The notes under the pieces: generated by a model
Databases searched by the model: none
Told to the model about the DNA's origin: nothing
Seen by the model: the letters and a program-made list of their open reading frames with translations, nothing else
In this document: positions 1-10,500 of the stretch, piece by piece
Numbering within the stretch: position 1 is the first letter of the stretch
Layout: each line of letters opens with the position of its first letter
Position numbers and translations under genes: made by a program
Assembly: GCA_963555825.3 (NCBI GenBank)
Contig: CAUVXB020000002.1
Location: forward strand, 704,001 to 768,000
Reading direction: 5' to 3'
DNA: 64,000 bases
Source of the DNA: Alphaproteobacteria bacterium
GTDB taxonomy: Bacteria; Pseudomonadota; Alphaproteobacteria; JAAXGF01

Positions 1-653
1 TGGCCGTCAACGACCAAGGCCGCCGCGAGGTCCTGGGCATGGCGATCGGCGCGTCGGAGGCCGAGACCTTCTGGACTGAGTTCCTGCGCTCGCTGGCCCG
101 GCGCGGGCTGCGCGGCGTGAAGCTGGTGATCTCCGACGACCACAAGGGCCTGAAGGCCGCCGCGACCCGGATCCTCGGCGCCACCTGGCAAAGATGCCGC
201 GTGCACTTCGCCCGCAACCTGCTGGCCCATGCCGGCCGCCAGGGTCGGCGCGTCGTCTCCGCCTTCGTCGCCACCGCCTTCGCCCAGGAGGACGCCGACA
301 GCGCGAAGGTCCAGTGGCGTCAGGTCGCCGACCAACTCAGGCCCAAGGTCCCCAAGCTCGCCGCCCTGATGGACGAAGCCGAGCACGACGTCCTCGCCTA
401 CATGAGCTTCCCCAAGGAGCACCGCCAGAAGTTGCATTCGACCAACCCGATCGAACGGCTCCATGCCGAGGTCAAGCGCCGCACCAACGTCGTCGGCATC
501 TTTCCCAACGAAGACGCCATCACACGGCTCGTCGGCGCCATCCTTCTCGAGCAGAACGACGAGTGGGCCGTCTCAAGGAGATACATGACGCTGGAATCCA
601 TCGCTCCGCTGGGCGATGGTGTCCCCATCACGCTGCCCACCGTGGCAGCCTGA
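1..653 (+). CDS. IS256-family transposase, 5' end outside window
   Basis: VISDxHxG, WQRCRVHF and STNPIERL motifs of Mutator/IS256 transposases. Its probable right end (..TACACCACCTGCCGGGACACGATC, to ~1901) is split by the IS630 insertion. Confidence 0.92.
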   Translation, partial: AVNDQGRREVLGMAIGASEAETFWTEFLRSLARRGLRGVKLVISDDHKGLKAAATRILGATWQRCRVHFARNLLAHAGRQGRRVVSAFVATAFAQEDADSAKVQWRQVADQLRPKVPKLAALMDEAEHDVLAYMSFPKEHRQKLHSTNPIERLHAEVKRRTNVVGIFPNEDAITRLVGAILLEQNDEWAVSRRYMTLESIAPLGDGVPITLPTVAA

Positions 654-701
654 ACGTCCCGGCCCTACCCGCCGGGAGCCGCGTAGAGCGCAACGCTCTT
701 A

Positions 702-1876
702 TACCAGTGAGCGCCTGAATTGACTCTCGGGATATTCATTGATGGCGGATGATGGCGGATTGTGATTCTATGGTCTCCCACCAGATGTGGGGGATGTCAT
801 GGGATCAGCACTCAAGATACGGGATGATTTGACGCCTTTGGAGCTTCGGCGCTGGGCTCGCGTGGAATCGTACGGTCGAGCGGCGGCGCGGGCCTATGGG
901 ATCGCGAATGCTTTGGAGGAGATGCCCCGGGCTGATGCCGCGCGGCTTGCGGGGATGGATCGCCAAACGCTTCGCGACGCGGTTGTTCGTTACAATGCAA
1001 AGGGATTGGAGGGGCTTCACGACCGTCCAAAGGGCTACTCGCCGCGGCGGCTGACGGCAGACGAGGAAGCGGCGCTGGCGGCGGTCATCATCGCCGGGCC
1101 GGAGCCTGAGCGCGACGGGGTTTGCGCCTGGACCCGGGCCGATCTGTGCCGCTGGCTGGAGGAGCGCTTCGCCAAGACCTACCACCCCTCGAGCATGACC
1201 CGGGTTCTACGGCGGATGGGATTTTCCCGCCAGAAGGCGCGCCCGAGCCACCCGCGAAGGGACGCCGAAGCGCAGGAGCGCTTCAAAAAAGGGGGCTTCG
1301 CGACATCCTGAAGGCGACCGCCGCGGCGCATCCCGACAAGCGCCTACAGCTGTGGTTTCAGGATGAAGCGCGCGTCGGCAACAAGGGCCGGGTGTGTCAC
1401 CGGTGGTGGCCCAGGGGCGAGCGTGCCCCCGGGACGCGTCAAATCGGCTACCAGTGGGCCTACATCTTCTCCGCCGTGCGCCCGGACACCGGCGACGACG
1501 TCACCCTGGTGATGCCGAGCGTCAACGCCAAGGTCATGGACCTGTTTCTCGCACACTTCGCCGATACCCTGGACCAGGATGCGCACGCCGTCATGATGTG
1601 CGACGGCGCCGGTTGGCACGACGAGCGCGCCCTCACCGTCCCCGACAACGTCACCTTGGCGCTGTTGCCGCCTTACAGTCCCGAACTCAACCCCGTCGAG
1701 CGGGTTTGGCTCTACCTACGCGAACGCTTCCTATCGCTCCGCGTCCTCGACGACACCGAGGCCATCATCGACGCCTGTTGCCAAGCATGGATCGACCTCA
1801 TCGCAGAACCGGATCGTATGCGAACCCTCTGCGCCTATCCATGGATCATGAAGGTGATTTCATAGGCTCACTGGTA
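702..1876 (+). mobile_element. IS630-family element, copy 1 (orfA 787-1311 and orfB to 1865, -1 frameshift)
   Basis: 11-bp IRs TACCAGTGAGC/GCTCACTGGTA. HTH orfA plus DDE orfB (FQDEAR, DGAGWH, YSPELNPVE). A6G5 slippery run at 1285-1295. Near-identical to copies at 20563 and 34445. Confidence 0.95.
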
Positions 1877-2019
1877 TTACACCACCTGCCGGGACACGAT
1901 CCCACAGGATGCAAACCGGAGTGTATTATAGTCGGCAACTGACGGGTCGAAAAGACCCTAACACCATGTAATATCGCATCTATCGTATGACATGTACCGA
2001 CTTGTCACGCCAGACCATG

Positions 2020-3004
2020 ATGATTGCCGATCACCAGCCGTTCTACTGCCAGACTGAAGCCTACCGGCGCGAGGGGATCGATCTCGACCGCACCATGCTG
2101 GGCAACTGGGCCGGGCGCGGGGTGCAGTTCCTGGCTCCCGGTCATCGACCGGATGATCGACCACCTCAAGGCGTCCGACTGCCTGTTCATGGACGAGGCC
2201 ACGGTACCGGTGCTGGCGCCGGGGACCGGGCAGACCCGTCTCGACTATCTGTGGGCGATCGCCCGCGATCAGCGCGGCCATGGCGGTCCCGACCCGCCGA
2301 TCGTGGAGTTCCACCACTCGCGCAATCGCAGCGCCAAGGTAGCCCTGGAACTGATGCGCGACTATGCCGGCGGCGACCCGCTGCATGTCGATGGCTACAC
2401 AGTGTACGACGCGCTCGGCGATCCGGGACGGGTCTCCAACCCATGGGATCTCGCATACTGTTGGGTCCACTGGCGGAGACGGTTTGTGGAGTTCCAGCGC
2501 GGCACGGCGTCGCCCGTGTGCGAGGAGATACTCGGACGCATCGCGGCGCTGTCCCGGATAGAGGCCATGGTGCGCGGCCATCCACCGGAGCACCGGCTTA
2601 AGGTCCGACAGGAACTCTCGACGCCGATCGTCGAGGCCCTGCGGCCCTGGGTCGAAGCCCAGCTTGGGCGCCTGTCGAGCGCATCCGAGCTCGCCAGGCA
2701 TATCCGATACGCCCTCAAGCGCTCGAACGGCCTGAGCCGGCTCTTCCATGACCGGCGTATCGAGATGGACACCATTCCTGTCGGGAACCTCATCCGCCTG
2801 GTGAAGCTCACAAAGAAAAACGCACTCTTCGCCGACAGTGACGACAGCGCCAAAACCTGGGCGCGATGCGCCAGCCTGACCGACACCCTGAGCCGGATCG
2901 TCGACATGCACTCCATGTCATTCCTCAACGATCTAATGCCCTGGAACTTCACCCCGGCAATCCCGACCGTCACTCGTCAAGAAGGTTAACGGCGCGGCGC
3001 TTAC
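2020..3004 (+). pseudogene. IS66 transposase (TnpC) remnant with right end
   Basis: MDEATVPVL, AYCWVHWRR and HxRYAL motifs; frameshift near 2140; terminal CGCTTAC at 2998-3004 typical of IS66. Confidence 0.85.
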
Positions 3005-3115
3005 GTTTGAACCGGTAGCTGTCGTTTCCGGTCTCGACGATGTGGCAATGGTGGGTTAGGCGATCGAGGAGAGCGGTTGTCATTTTCTCGTCGCTAAAGA
3101 CCGTCGGCCATTCGG
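3005..3115 (-). pseudogene. IS21 IstB C-terminal remnant
   Basis: Manual translation gives [37 protein letters not shown], abutting the IS66 end. Confidence 0.8.
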
Positions 3116-3242
3116 CCTGGCTTTACGCCGTTGGCGCCATGTCGACGAGTTCATCCATGTGTTGACTGGGGGTTGACACAATTATTAAACCACAGACGTG
3201 GAAATTCGTATATCTATAACTGATTGATATTACACATATGTT

Positions 3243-4139
3243 TTATACAAGATTCAGATTCTTAAATATGTCGATCAAATTGTTCGTGCCAGAACCGGGA
3301 AAGGCGAGGACGCCCTTCGGCAGGAAGTTCAACAGCACGTCGTTACGCCGGAAGGGCGCGGCCTTGCCGTCCCGGTCCCAGTTCGGCTTGCACACGACCT
3401 GATGCACTCCGTTCTTCTCGGCCCAGCTTGCCGCGATCTTCTCCGCGCCGGGTCCGCCGCCGTGTAGCAGGACCATGTCATCGTACTTGATCTTGATGCT
3501 GTCCAGCGAGCGCCAGATGGCGGTGACGTCGTCGAAGTCCTTGCCGCCGGCGAAGGCGACCAGGGTGCCTTCGGGGAGATGCGCGGAGGTCTCGCGGTCT
3601 TTGCGGGCGCGCAGGTAGTCGCGGGCGTCGATGGCGGCGGACGTGAGTTTGCCGGTCTGGCTGCTGTGCGATCCGTTGCGCGGGCGCCAGGTCTCGCCTG
3701 TCTCGGCGCGGTATCCCTCGGCGGCGAGGTCGCGCATGGCCTCGAAGGCGTCGCGGCGGTCGCCGAGGTTCTGGACCCGATCGGTGAGGAGTTCCAGCTC
3801 GCGCGACTTGATCTCGGAGCCGTCCTGCTCTTGGCCGAGGTCTTTCATCTCGGGCGCGATCTTGTCGATGCCGCGGTCGAGGCGCTGGACCTGGGCGTGC
3901 AGCGTATTGACGAAACCCCAAAGCAGGCTCTCGCGTTCGTCGGAGAGTTGCGTGCCGTCCGGTGCGACCACACCGGCCAGGATGTGGATCGCTTCCTCGA
4001 TCCCGGCAAGCGCCTCTTCCTCGTTCCAGATCTCCCGGTTGTCGAACTCGTCGGGACCAGGGGTCGCGCCGAACAGGGCGGCCTGTTCGCAAGCCATTGC
4101 GGTCTGCGATGACGTTTCGGTGCTGATGAAGTTCTGCAT
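3243..4139 (-). CDS. DUF2493/YspA SLOG-domain protein, C-terminus possibly clipped
   Basis: VAFAGG, LLHGG..GAEKIA and APFRRND SLOG motifs; GGAG RBS before ATG at 4139. The last residues run into AT-rich DNA. Confidence 0.8.
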   Translation of the reverse strand: MQNFISTETSSQTAMACEQAALFGATPGPDEFDNREIWNEEEALAGIEEAIHILAGVVAPDGTQLSDERESLLWGFVNTLHAQVQRLDRGIDKIAPEMKDLGQEQDGSEIKSRELELLTDRVQNLGDRRDAFEAMRDLAAEGYRAETGETWRPRNGSHSSQTGKLTSAAIDARDYLRARKDRETSAHLPEGTLVAFAGGKDFDDVTAIWRSLDSIKIKYDDMVLLHGGGPGAEKIAASWAEKNGVHQVVCKPNWDRDGKAAPFRRNDVLLNFLPKGVLAFPGSGTNNLIDIFKNLNLV

Positions 4140-4427
4140 GATTCTCTCCATTGCTATGTTGCTATCCTCCGAGGCGGGCCGCCTCGTCGTGATGACTCTT
4201 TGTTTCACGCGCTCGCAGCGGAGCCACGATGGCCGGAATGCCTGCGCCGGGGGGATGCGCGAGTGGTGCGGGCGCAGGGAGCGGAGCGAGCGAGCCACGG
4301 TCGCGTATTCCACCGGCGTTAGCCGCGCAGCGGCGTGGCATTGCTCGCTATCGCCGTAACGGAGCGTGAGCGGAGTGGAGGACCCCGCAGGGGTTGGCGC
4401 AGTGAGAACGTGTGACACAATGAGACA

Positions 4428-5470
4428 TCATGACGGGATAATTATTCTCCCACTCCCACCCCTCTCTTCCCCCGTTGCCGCGGACTTGGAGCTTGCAATA
4501 AGGGGGGCGATCCGGGCCGCGAGGGTTTCTTCCCCGAAGGCAACGAGGTCGTCGTTGAAATCGGAGCGTTCAGGAACGATCACGATTGAGGGAATGCCGC
4601 GTTCCACGCAACGGAGCTGAAGACGGTTCGCGGCGTGCCCGCCTTCCACGTCTTTATCGGGGGCGATGACCAATAGGGCGAGGTCTTGGAGCGGTTCGAA
4701 GGCGCCGAGGCTGCCCGCTGATAGAGCCGCCGCGGCATGAATGCCGGGGACGGCGGTGACCAGCGACAGCACGGTTTCGATGCCTTCACCGGCAAGCAAG
4801 GTCGCGCCGGAGGCGGACCCGCCCAAGCGCACGGCCCGGCCGTGGACGCGCCCAAGCGCTTTGCGCGGGCGGGCGAGGTTGGCTTTCTCGGGTCGCTTGG
4901 GGTCAAGCCAGGTACGCTGCACACCCTCGACGGCGCCGTCATTGCCGGTAACGGCGGCGACCAGCGCCGGGAGGCGGTGGATGCCGTCATCGCCCCGATG
5001 GATGAGATCGGGATGAAACCGCAAGGCCGGGAAGCGGCAATGGCCGATGGCGCGGGCGCGTAGATAGGCTTCCGCATGGGTGCCATCGATGGGGCGGCAG
5101 CGGCGCCAGAGGCGGCGTGCCGCTTCCTCGCGGTCATAGCCGCCGGCGTGATCTCCGGCATTTGCGGGAGCGGATCGCGGCAATGAGAGGAATGCGAGGG
5201 CCTCATCCATGGCGTGCCGCAGCGATGCTCCGCCGGTGTGCAGACGGATGAGATCGAGCAGATCGCCATGCTCGCCGGTCGCGGCGTCGGTCCATTTTCC
5301 GGGTATGCCGGGGGGCGCCAGGCGCACGAAGAGCGAGCGCCCCTTGGCGCCGCGCCGCTTGTGTCGCCGATGGTCCAGTATCTGCCCTGCCTGCGTCCGC
5401 GGGGAAGGTAGCGGCGGCATACATCTTCGGCCCGTGTGCTTAACGCAGCGGCAATTTCAGTGGCGTTCAT
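4428..5470 (-). pseudogene. Toprim-domain primase-like protein, frameshifted
   Basis: N-terminus MNATEIAAAL..GRYWTIGD lies in one frame and GRSLFVRL..GEGIET..DFNDDL in another; shift near 5355. Confidence 0.82.
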
Positions 5471-5734
5471 GGGACGCGATTCCTTTGGGGAGCGATGGCG
5501 TGAAACGGTTGCATGGGGAACCTCTCGTGCCTGTTGCGGGACGCCCCCTCCAGGCCCGCCTCGAACTTTTGCCGGTGAGGGCCGCGGGAGCGGAGCGCGC
5601 AGCGCGGCCGCTCCGCGTCCACGCTTTGGGAACTCTGTGGAGGCGGACTCGAACGGGACTCCGAAAAATAAGGGCCAGCCCCACGCCAACATGGCGGGGA
5701 CTGGCCCTGAGTTATGCGGGAGGGAGGAAGCCCG

Positions 5735-6172
5735 CTAGAACGGAATTTCGCTGTCATCCACCGTCGCGGCGGTTTCGGCGGAAGGCACGGCGTCGCCGTT
5801 CATCGACGGCGCGCCGTTGCCGTTCGGCTTATCGAGGAACTGGACCCTGCCGCCGGGGACCAGCAGGATCTCGGTCGAGAACCGGTCGCTGTCCTCGCCG
5901 TCCTTGCGCCACTTGCGGGTCTGCAGCTTGCCCGAGACGTAGACCAGGCGGCCCTTCTTCGCGTGCTTCTCCAGCATCTCCACCAGGCCGTCCTGGAAGG
6001 TGACGATGCGATGCCACTCGGTGCGGTCCACCTTATCGCCCGAGTTTTTGTCGAGGTAGCTTTCGTCGGTCGCGATCGAGACGTTGGCGACACGGCCGCC
6101 GTTGGTGAGATGGCTGATGGTGGCGTCGGCGCCGAGGCGTCCGATCAACTGGGCGTTATTCAGTCCGAACAT
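5735..6172 (-). CDS. ssb: Single-stranded DNA-binding protein
   Basis: NxxxLIGRLGAD, TEWHRIV, GRLVYVSGKLQTRKW and an acidic C-terminal tail DDSEIPF. Confidence 0.95.
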   Translation of the reverse strand: MFGLNNAQLIGRLGADATISHLTNGGRVANVSIATDESYLDKNSGDKVDRTEWHRIVTFQDGLVEMLEKHAKKGRLVYVSGKLQTRKWRKDGEDSDRFSTEILLVPGGRVQFLDKPNGNGAPSMNGDAVPSAETAATVDDSEIPF

Positions 6173-6278
6173 GATCAATCTCCTATGATCCGGGTTATGA
6201 CATCGGGTTAGCGAACGGGGTTAGGCCTCTCTCGACCCTTCCTCCTTCACACTTCTCCAAGCCCCCCTCTTTCTCTAT

Positions 6279-6470
6279 TCAGCCGTCCGCCCCGGTATAT
6301 GTCCGGGAGCCGAGAACCTCGCGGATCGCGTGGGCAGGCAATCCGGCCGCGGCCAGCAGCGCGCCGGCGTCGGGAAGCGGTGCGGCGAAGTCTGGATCGG
6401 CATCTCCTGTGCTGCCGGGATCGAAAAGGGTGTCGTTGGACTCGGGCGAGGTATGTCTGGAATCGAACAT
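6279..6470 (-). CDS. Small hypothetical protein
   Basis: GGAG RBS before ATG at 6470; co-oriented with neighbours. Confidence 0.4.
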   Translation of the reverse strand: MFDSRHTSPESNDTLFDPGSTGDADPDFAAPLPDAGALLAAAGLPAHAIREVLGSRTYTGADG

Positions 6471-6659
6471 CTGGCATCTCCGGTTGATGGGGTTGAGACA
6501 CCGCCCGGAGGGAACTCTCTTTTCCCTTGGGCGCGTCGCCCTTCTCTTTGCCTTCCTCAAACTCTCTTGCACGTTGGTCGAGGCAGGCCGGAGAGTTCGG
6601 GGGCATCGCCCGGCGGCAACCGGTGGCACGATTTTGCCCGGCAACCGTCGCTCAGGTTG

Positions 6660-6974
6660 TCAAAGGACCGCGTCGTTGGCGTCCATGATGGCGATGACGG
6701 CGTCGTCGAGGCTGCCCCTCGCGCTCATCAAGGTGTGTTCCAGATGGAGAAGCCGGTGGCGGAGCCCGGCGCGGTCGTCGCAGGACGGGTTGCCGGGCAG
6801 ACGCATGATGGCGTTCCGCAACTCGGCGAAGCGTTCCGCCAGATCTTTCATGTGGGCAGCGGCTTCACGTGCGCCGGTCCGTGCTTCCGGCAGGAATCCG
6901 CCGGTATCGGGCCGGGCGCAGGGCATGGTTTTGAACTCGCCGGTCGTGGAGCGTGGTGTGAGGGTATCGAACAT
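6660..6974 (-). CDS. Hypothetical protein
   Basis: GGAGG RBS, helical composition, co-oriented with the leading-region genes. Confidence 0.55.
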   Translation of the reverse strand: MFDTLTPRSTTGEFKTMPCARPDTGGFLPEARTGAREAAAHMKDLAERFAELRNAIMRLPGNPSCDDRAGLRHRLLHLEHTLMSARGSLDDAVIAIMDANDAVL

Positions 6975-7185
6975 CGGGTTCCTCCGTGCATTGCATGACA
7001 GAATGTCGGCGATGCCGGGAGAATTAGCTCCTGCGCATCGCCCGGACCACCCCTGCCGTGCTGCCCTCGGCCTCTATGAGCCGCAACAAGCGGGTGGGAG
7101 GATCACGCGACATGGCTTGCCCCACTTGCCTGTAGCCCGAACATGCCGGAGGGCACGCTGCCGGCTGTAAACCGGCCGGTACGGT

Positions 7186-7407
7186 TCAATGGGTGGTTTC
7201 ATCGTGGGCGGCGGACATGGCCCGGCCGGCGATGGCGGACCAGGCATCGTAGTCGAGCCCGAGGCGGGCGTTCAGGCGATTGCAGATTCGCAGGGCGTCA
7301 TCGAGTGTGAGCGCAAAAAGTGCAGTTGGGACGTAACCGGGCACGTTGTCGAACACGATTCGGATCTGCTGGGGCACGTTCGAGGTCATAACTGGGGCAA
7401 AACGCAT
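7186..7407 (-). CDS. Small hypothetical protein (true start may be 7441 with a frameshift)
   Basis: Protein-like composition; an upstream ATG (MTSHTLPDDPVYAF) is offset by one base at a T4 run. Confidence 0.45.
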   Translation of the reverse strand: MRFAPVMTSNVPQQIRIVFDNVPGYVPTALFALTLDDALRICNRLNARLGLDYDAWSAIAGRAMSAAHDETTH

Positions 7408-7581
7408 AGACGGGATCGTCCGGCAGGGTGTGTGACGTCATGGCGATATCTTCCATATGGCGGATTGGACTGTTCGTGCCTGTGGCCGGCGCAAAGGCGC
7501 AAATCACTGGAAGCGCGCGTGGTGGGCGGCAACAAGCGTTCGGACGCCTCCGTTCCGGATACCTGGCGGGAGCGTGCGGGT

Positions 7582-10500
7582 TTACGCCGGGTTGGTATTC
7601 GCGAGCGGCCAGCGTTCGAGGATGCGGCCGAGGTCGATGTATTCGGGCACGAACACACGGGTCCGCCATGAGACGATTTCGGTGGCGCAGCCCATGCGTT
7701 TGAGTGCGGCGAGATCGCCGTCCGCCGGCCCTTCGATCTCGACACGCGCGGCGCCCATCAGGCGCCGCCTTGCGAGGCGCCAGCCGTTGGCGAGATCGAA
7801 GGACGCGCCGCGTTTCAGAATCGCCTCGTGCATCTCGGCCGAACTCATGAGCGGTCCGCCGGCCAGTCCGAAGGCGTCGTGGAAGGCGTACGCCTGCTCG
7901 GGCGTCAGAACCCGGCCGAGCAGGCGTTCCCCGGCATCGGTCGCAAGCCGGCGCACCCGCATGTTCTCGCCCGGCAGGCGATCCCATATGGGAAGCAGCA
8001 GGCCGGTGACCAGCCACAGGCGGGATTCGGTGTGGCTGGGCAGCCCCTCGATCTCCGCATCCCACGACGCGCGCCAACGATCCCCGCCTGCATCCTCCCA
8101 GTTCGAGGCGGCAAGTTCCTCCGCGGCCATGGGCTCGCGGGCGGCGGGACGGACCAGGCGGACCCGGGCCTCGACCCCGCCGTCCTCGAACATCCGCGAC
8201 GGCGCGGGCAGAACCACGGCGGCACGCTTCGAGCGGGTGTTGATGACGGGGCGCCCGTCGCGCAAGGCGAGGGCATCGCCGGCCGCGAGCGGCACGAGCC
8301 GGTCGCGGCGGACGATCTCGACAAGCTCGGTGGCGGCGCCCGAGGCTTCATGAACGTGAACCGTCTCGCGCGAGGCCACAGTGAGGGAGTCGGCCCGGAT
8401 CGTCTCGACGCCCTGCTCGTGGGTGCCGGCCTCAATGGCCTGTTCGATGTTGGCCTCGATGCGGGTTTCCAGCTCGGCGAACAGTTCGTTCTGCTCGGCG
8501 ATGGGCAGGGCCAGCAGGCGGTTGAGGAACCGGGGCATCGGCGGCAGGTCTTCCTTGAGCGAGCCCTCCCAGATGAGCTTCAGCCCGGTGGCGTCCTCGA
8601 AGCGGTCCATGGACCAGCCCGCAATGTTGCCGCGCCACAGCGCGATGTAGAACTGGCGCAGCGCCACCTTGGCGTAGGGGCTTTCCAGATTGTCGCTGGT
8701 TCTAAACAAGGTGGCGGCGCCGCCGCCCATGGCGGTCTGCGAATCGCGCTGGCCCCGGGTGATGGCGCCGAGGCTGTCGAGACGCCGGGCGATGGTGGCG
8801 ATGAAGCGCCGCTCGCCCTTCACGTCGGTGGTGACCGGGCGGAACAGGGGGGCCGAGGCCTGGTGCGTCCGATGGGTTCGGCCCAGTCCCTGGATCGCCT
8901 GGTCGGCCCGCCAGCCCGGTTCCAGCAGATAGTGGATACGCCGCCGTGTATTGCCGCAACCGAGATCGGCGTGATAGCTGCGCCCGGTGCCGCCGGCCAT
9001 GGAGAAGACGAGGATGCGTTTGTCGCCAGCCATGAAGGCGGCGGTCTCCGCCAGATTGGCCGAGGCCGGCCGATTGCGCAGCGCCAGGCGCTCGCCGGAT
9101 GAATCGGCGATGCGCAAGACCCGGCGGGAGCGTCCGGTGACCTCGGCGACGGCCTCGCCGCCGAAACGGTGGAGGATCTGGTCGAGCGCCGCCTGCACCG
9201 GCGGCAAGGCCGCGAGCTTCTCGATCAACGCATCGCGGGCGGCCACGGCTTCCTGGCACAGGACCGGGTTGCCCCCGGCGTCGGTCACAGGCCGCGACAT
9301 CAGGTTGCCCTCGTCGTCGGTGAATGGCTCCTGCAATTGCACAGGGAATGCGTGGGCCAGATATTCGAGGCACGCCTCCCTCGGCGTCAGGTCGACGGAG
9401 ATATCGTCCCATTCCGAGACGGGGATCTCGGCGATGCGCCGGTCCAGCAAAGCCTCGCCGGTCGAGACCAGCTGGATGACGCAGGCATGGCCGGCCTCGA
9501 GATCGGCCTCGATCGCCCGGATCAGCGAGGGGCATTTCATGGCGGTCAGGAGATGGCCGAAGAAACGCTGCTTGGAGCCCTCGAAAGCCGACAGCGCGGC
9601 GGATTTGGCGTTCTTGTTGAGGGTCGCATCGCCCTCCATGATGCCGGTGGCTTTGAGGGCGTCTTCTATATTGCGGTGGATCACCTTGAAGGCCCCGGCA
9701 TAAGCGTCGTAGATGCGCCGCTGTTCGGGCGTGAGGGGATGTTCGAGCGGCTCGACCTCGACCCCGTCATAGCTGAGCGCACGGGCCTGGTAGAGCCCGA
9801 GGGCCTTCAGATCGCGGGCCACCACCTCCATCGCCGCGACCCCGCCGGCCTCCATGGCGGTGACGAAGTCGGTGCGTTGCTCGAAGGGCGTCTCGCCGCC
9901 TGAATCCGCCCCGCCCCACAGGCCGAGGCGCCGCGCATAGGCCAGGCCGGGCACGGTGGTGGCCCCGGTGGCGGAGACATAGAGGATACGGGCATCGGGC
10001 AATGCGTTCTGCAAACGCAATCCGGCGCGGCCCTGCTGTGACGGAGCCGTATCGCCCCGCGATCCCTTGGACCCGGCGGCGTTGGCCATGGCGTGCGCCT
10101 CGTCGAACACGATGACGCCGCCATAGGCATGGCGGGAGCCTTCATCAATGCCATCGGCGAGCCAGCCGACGATCTGTTCGAGGCGCGAGCGCTTTCCCTG
10201 GCGGGCGGGCGAGCGCAAGGTTGCATAGGTGGCGAACAGGATCCCGGCCTCTTGAGGAATATCGGCCCCCTGGCGGAACTTGCCCAATGGGATGATGTCG
10301 GCTTCGGTCCCGCCGATCGCGGCCCAGTCGCGGCGGGCGTCCTCCAGCAGCTTGTCGGAGGCGGACAGCCACAGCGCCCGGCGGCGGCCGCGCAGCCAGT
10401 GGTCGAGGATGATGGCGGCGACCTGGCGGCCCTTGCCGCAGCCGGTGCCGTCGCCCAGCATCCAGCCGCGCCGGAAACGCACCGGCGCGGACAGGGCTTC

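Noticed and set aside
3160-3290. AT-rich tract as oriV/oriT or res site
   Set aside because: No iterons, nick-site consensus, or adjacent Rep, relaxase or resolvase gene to support it.
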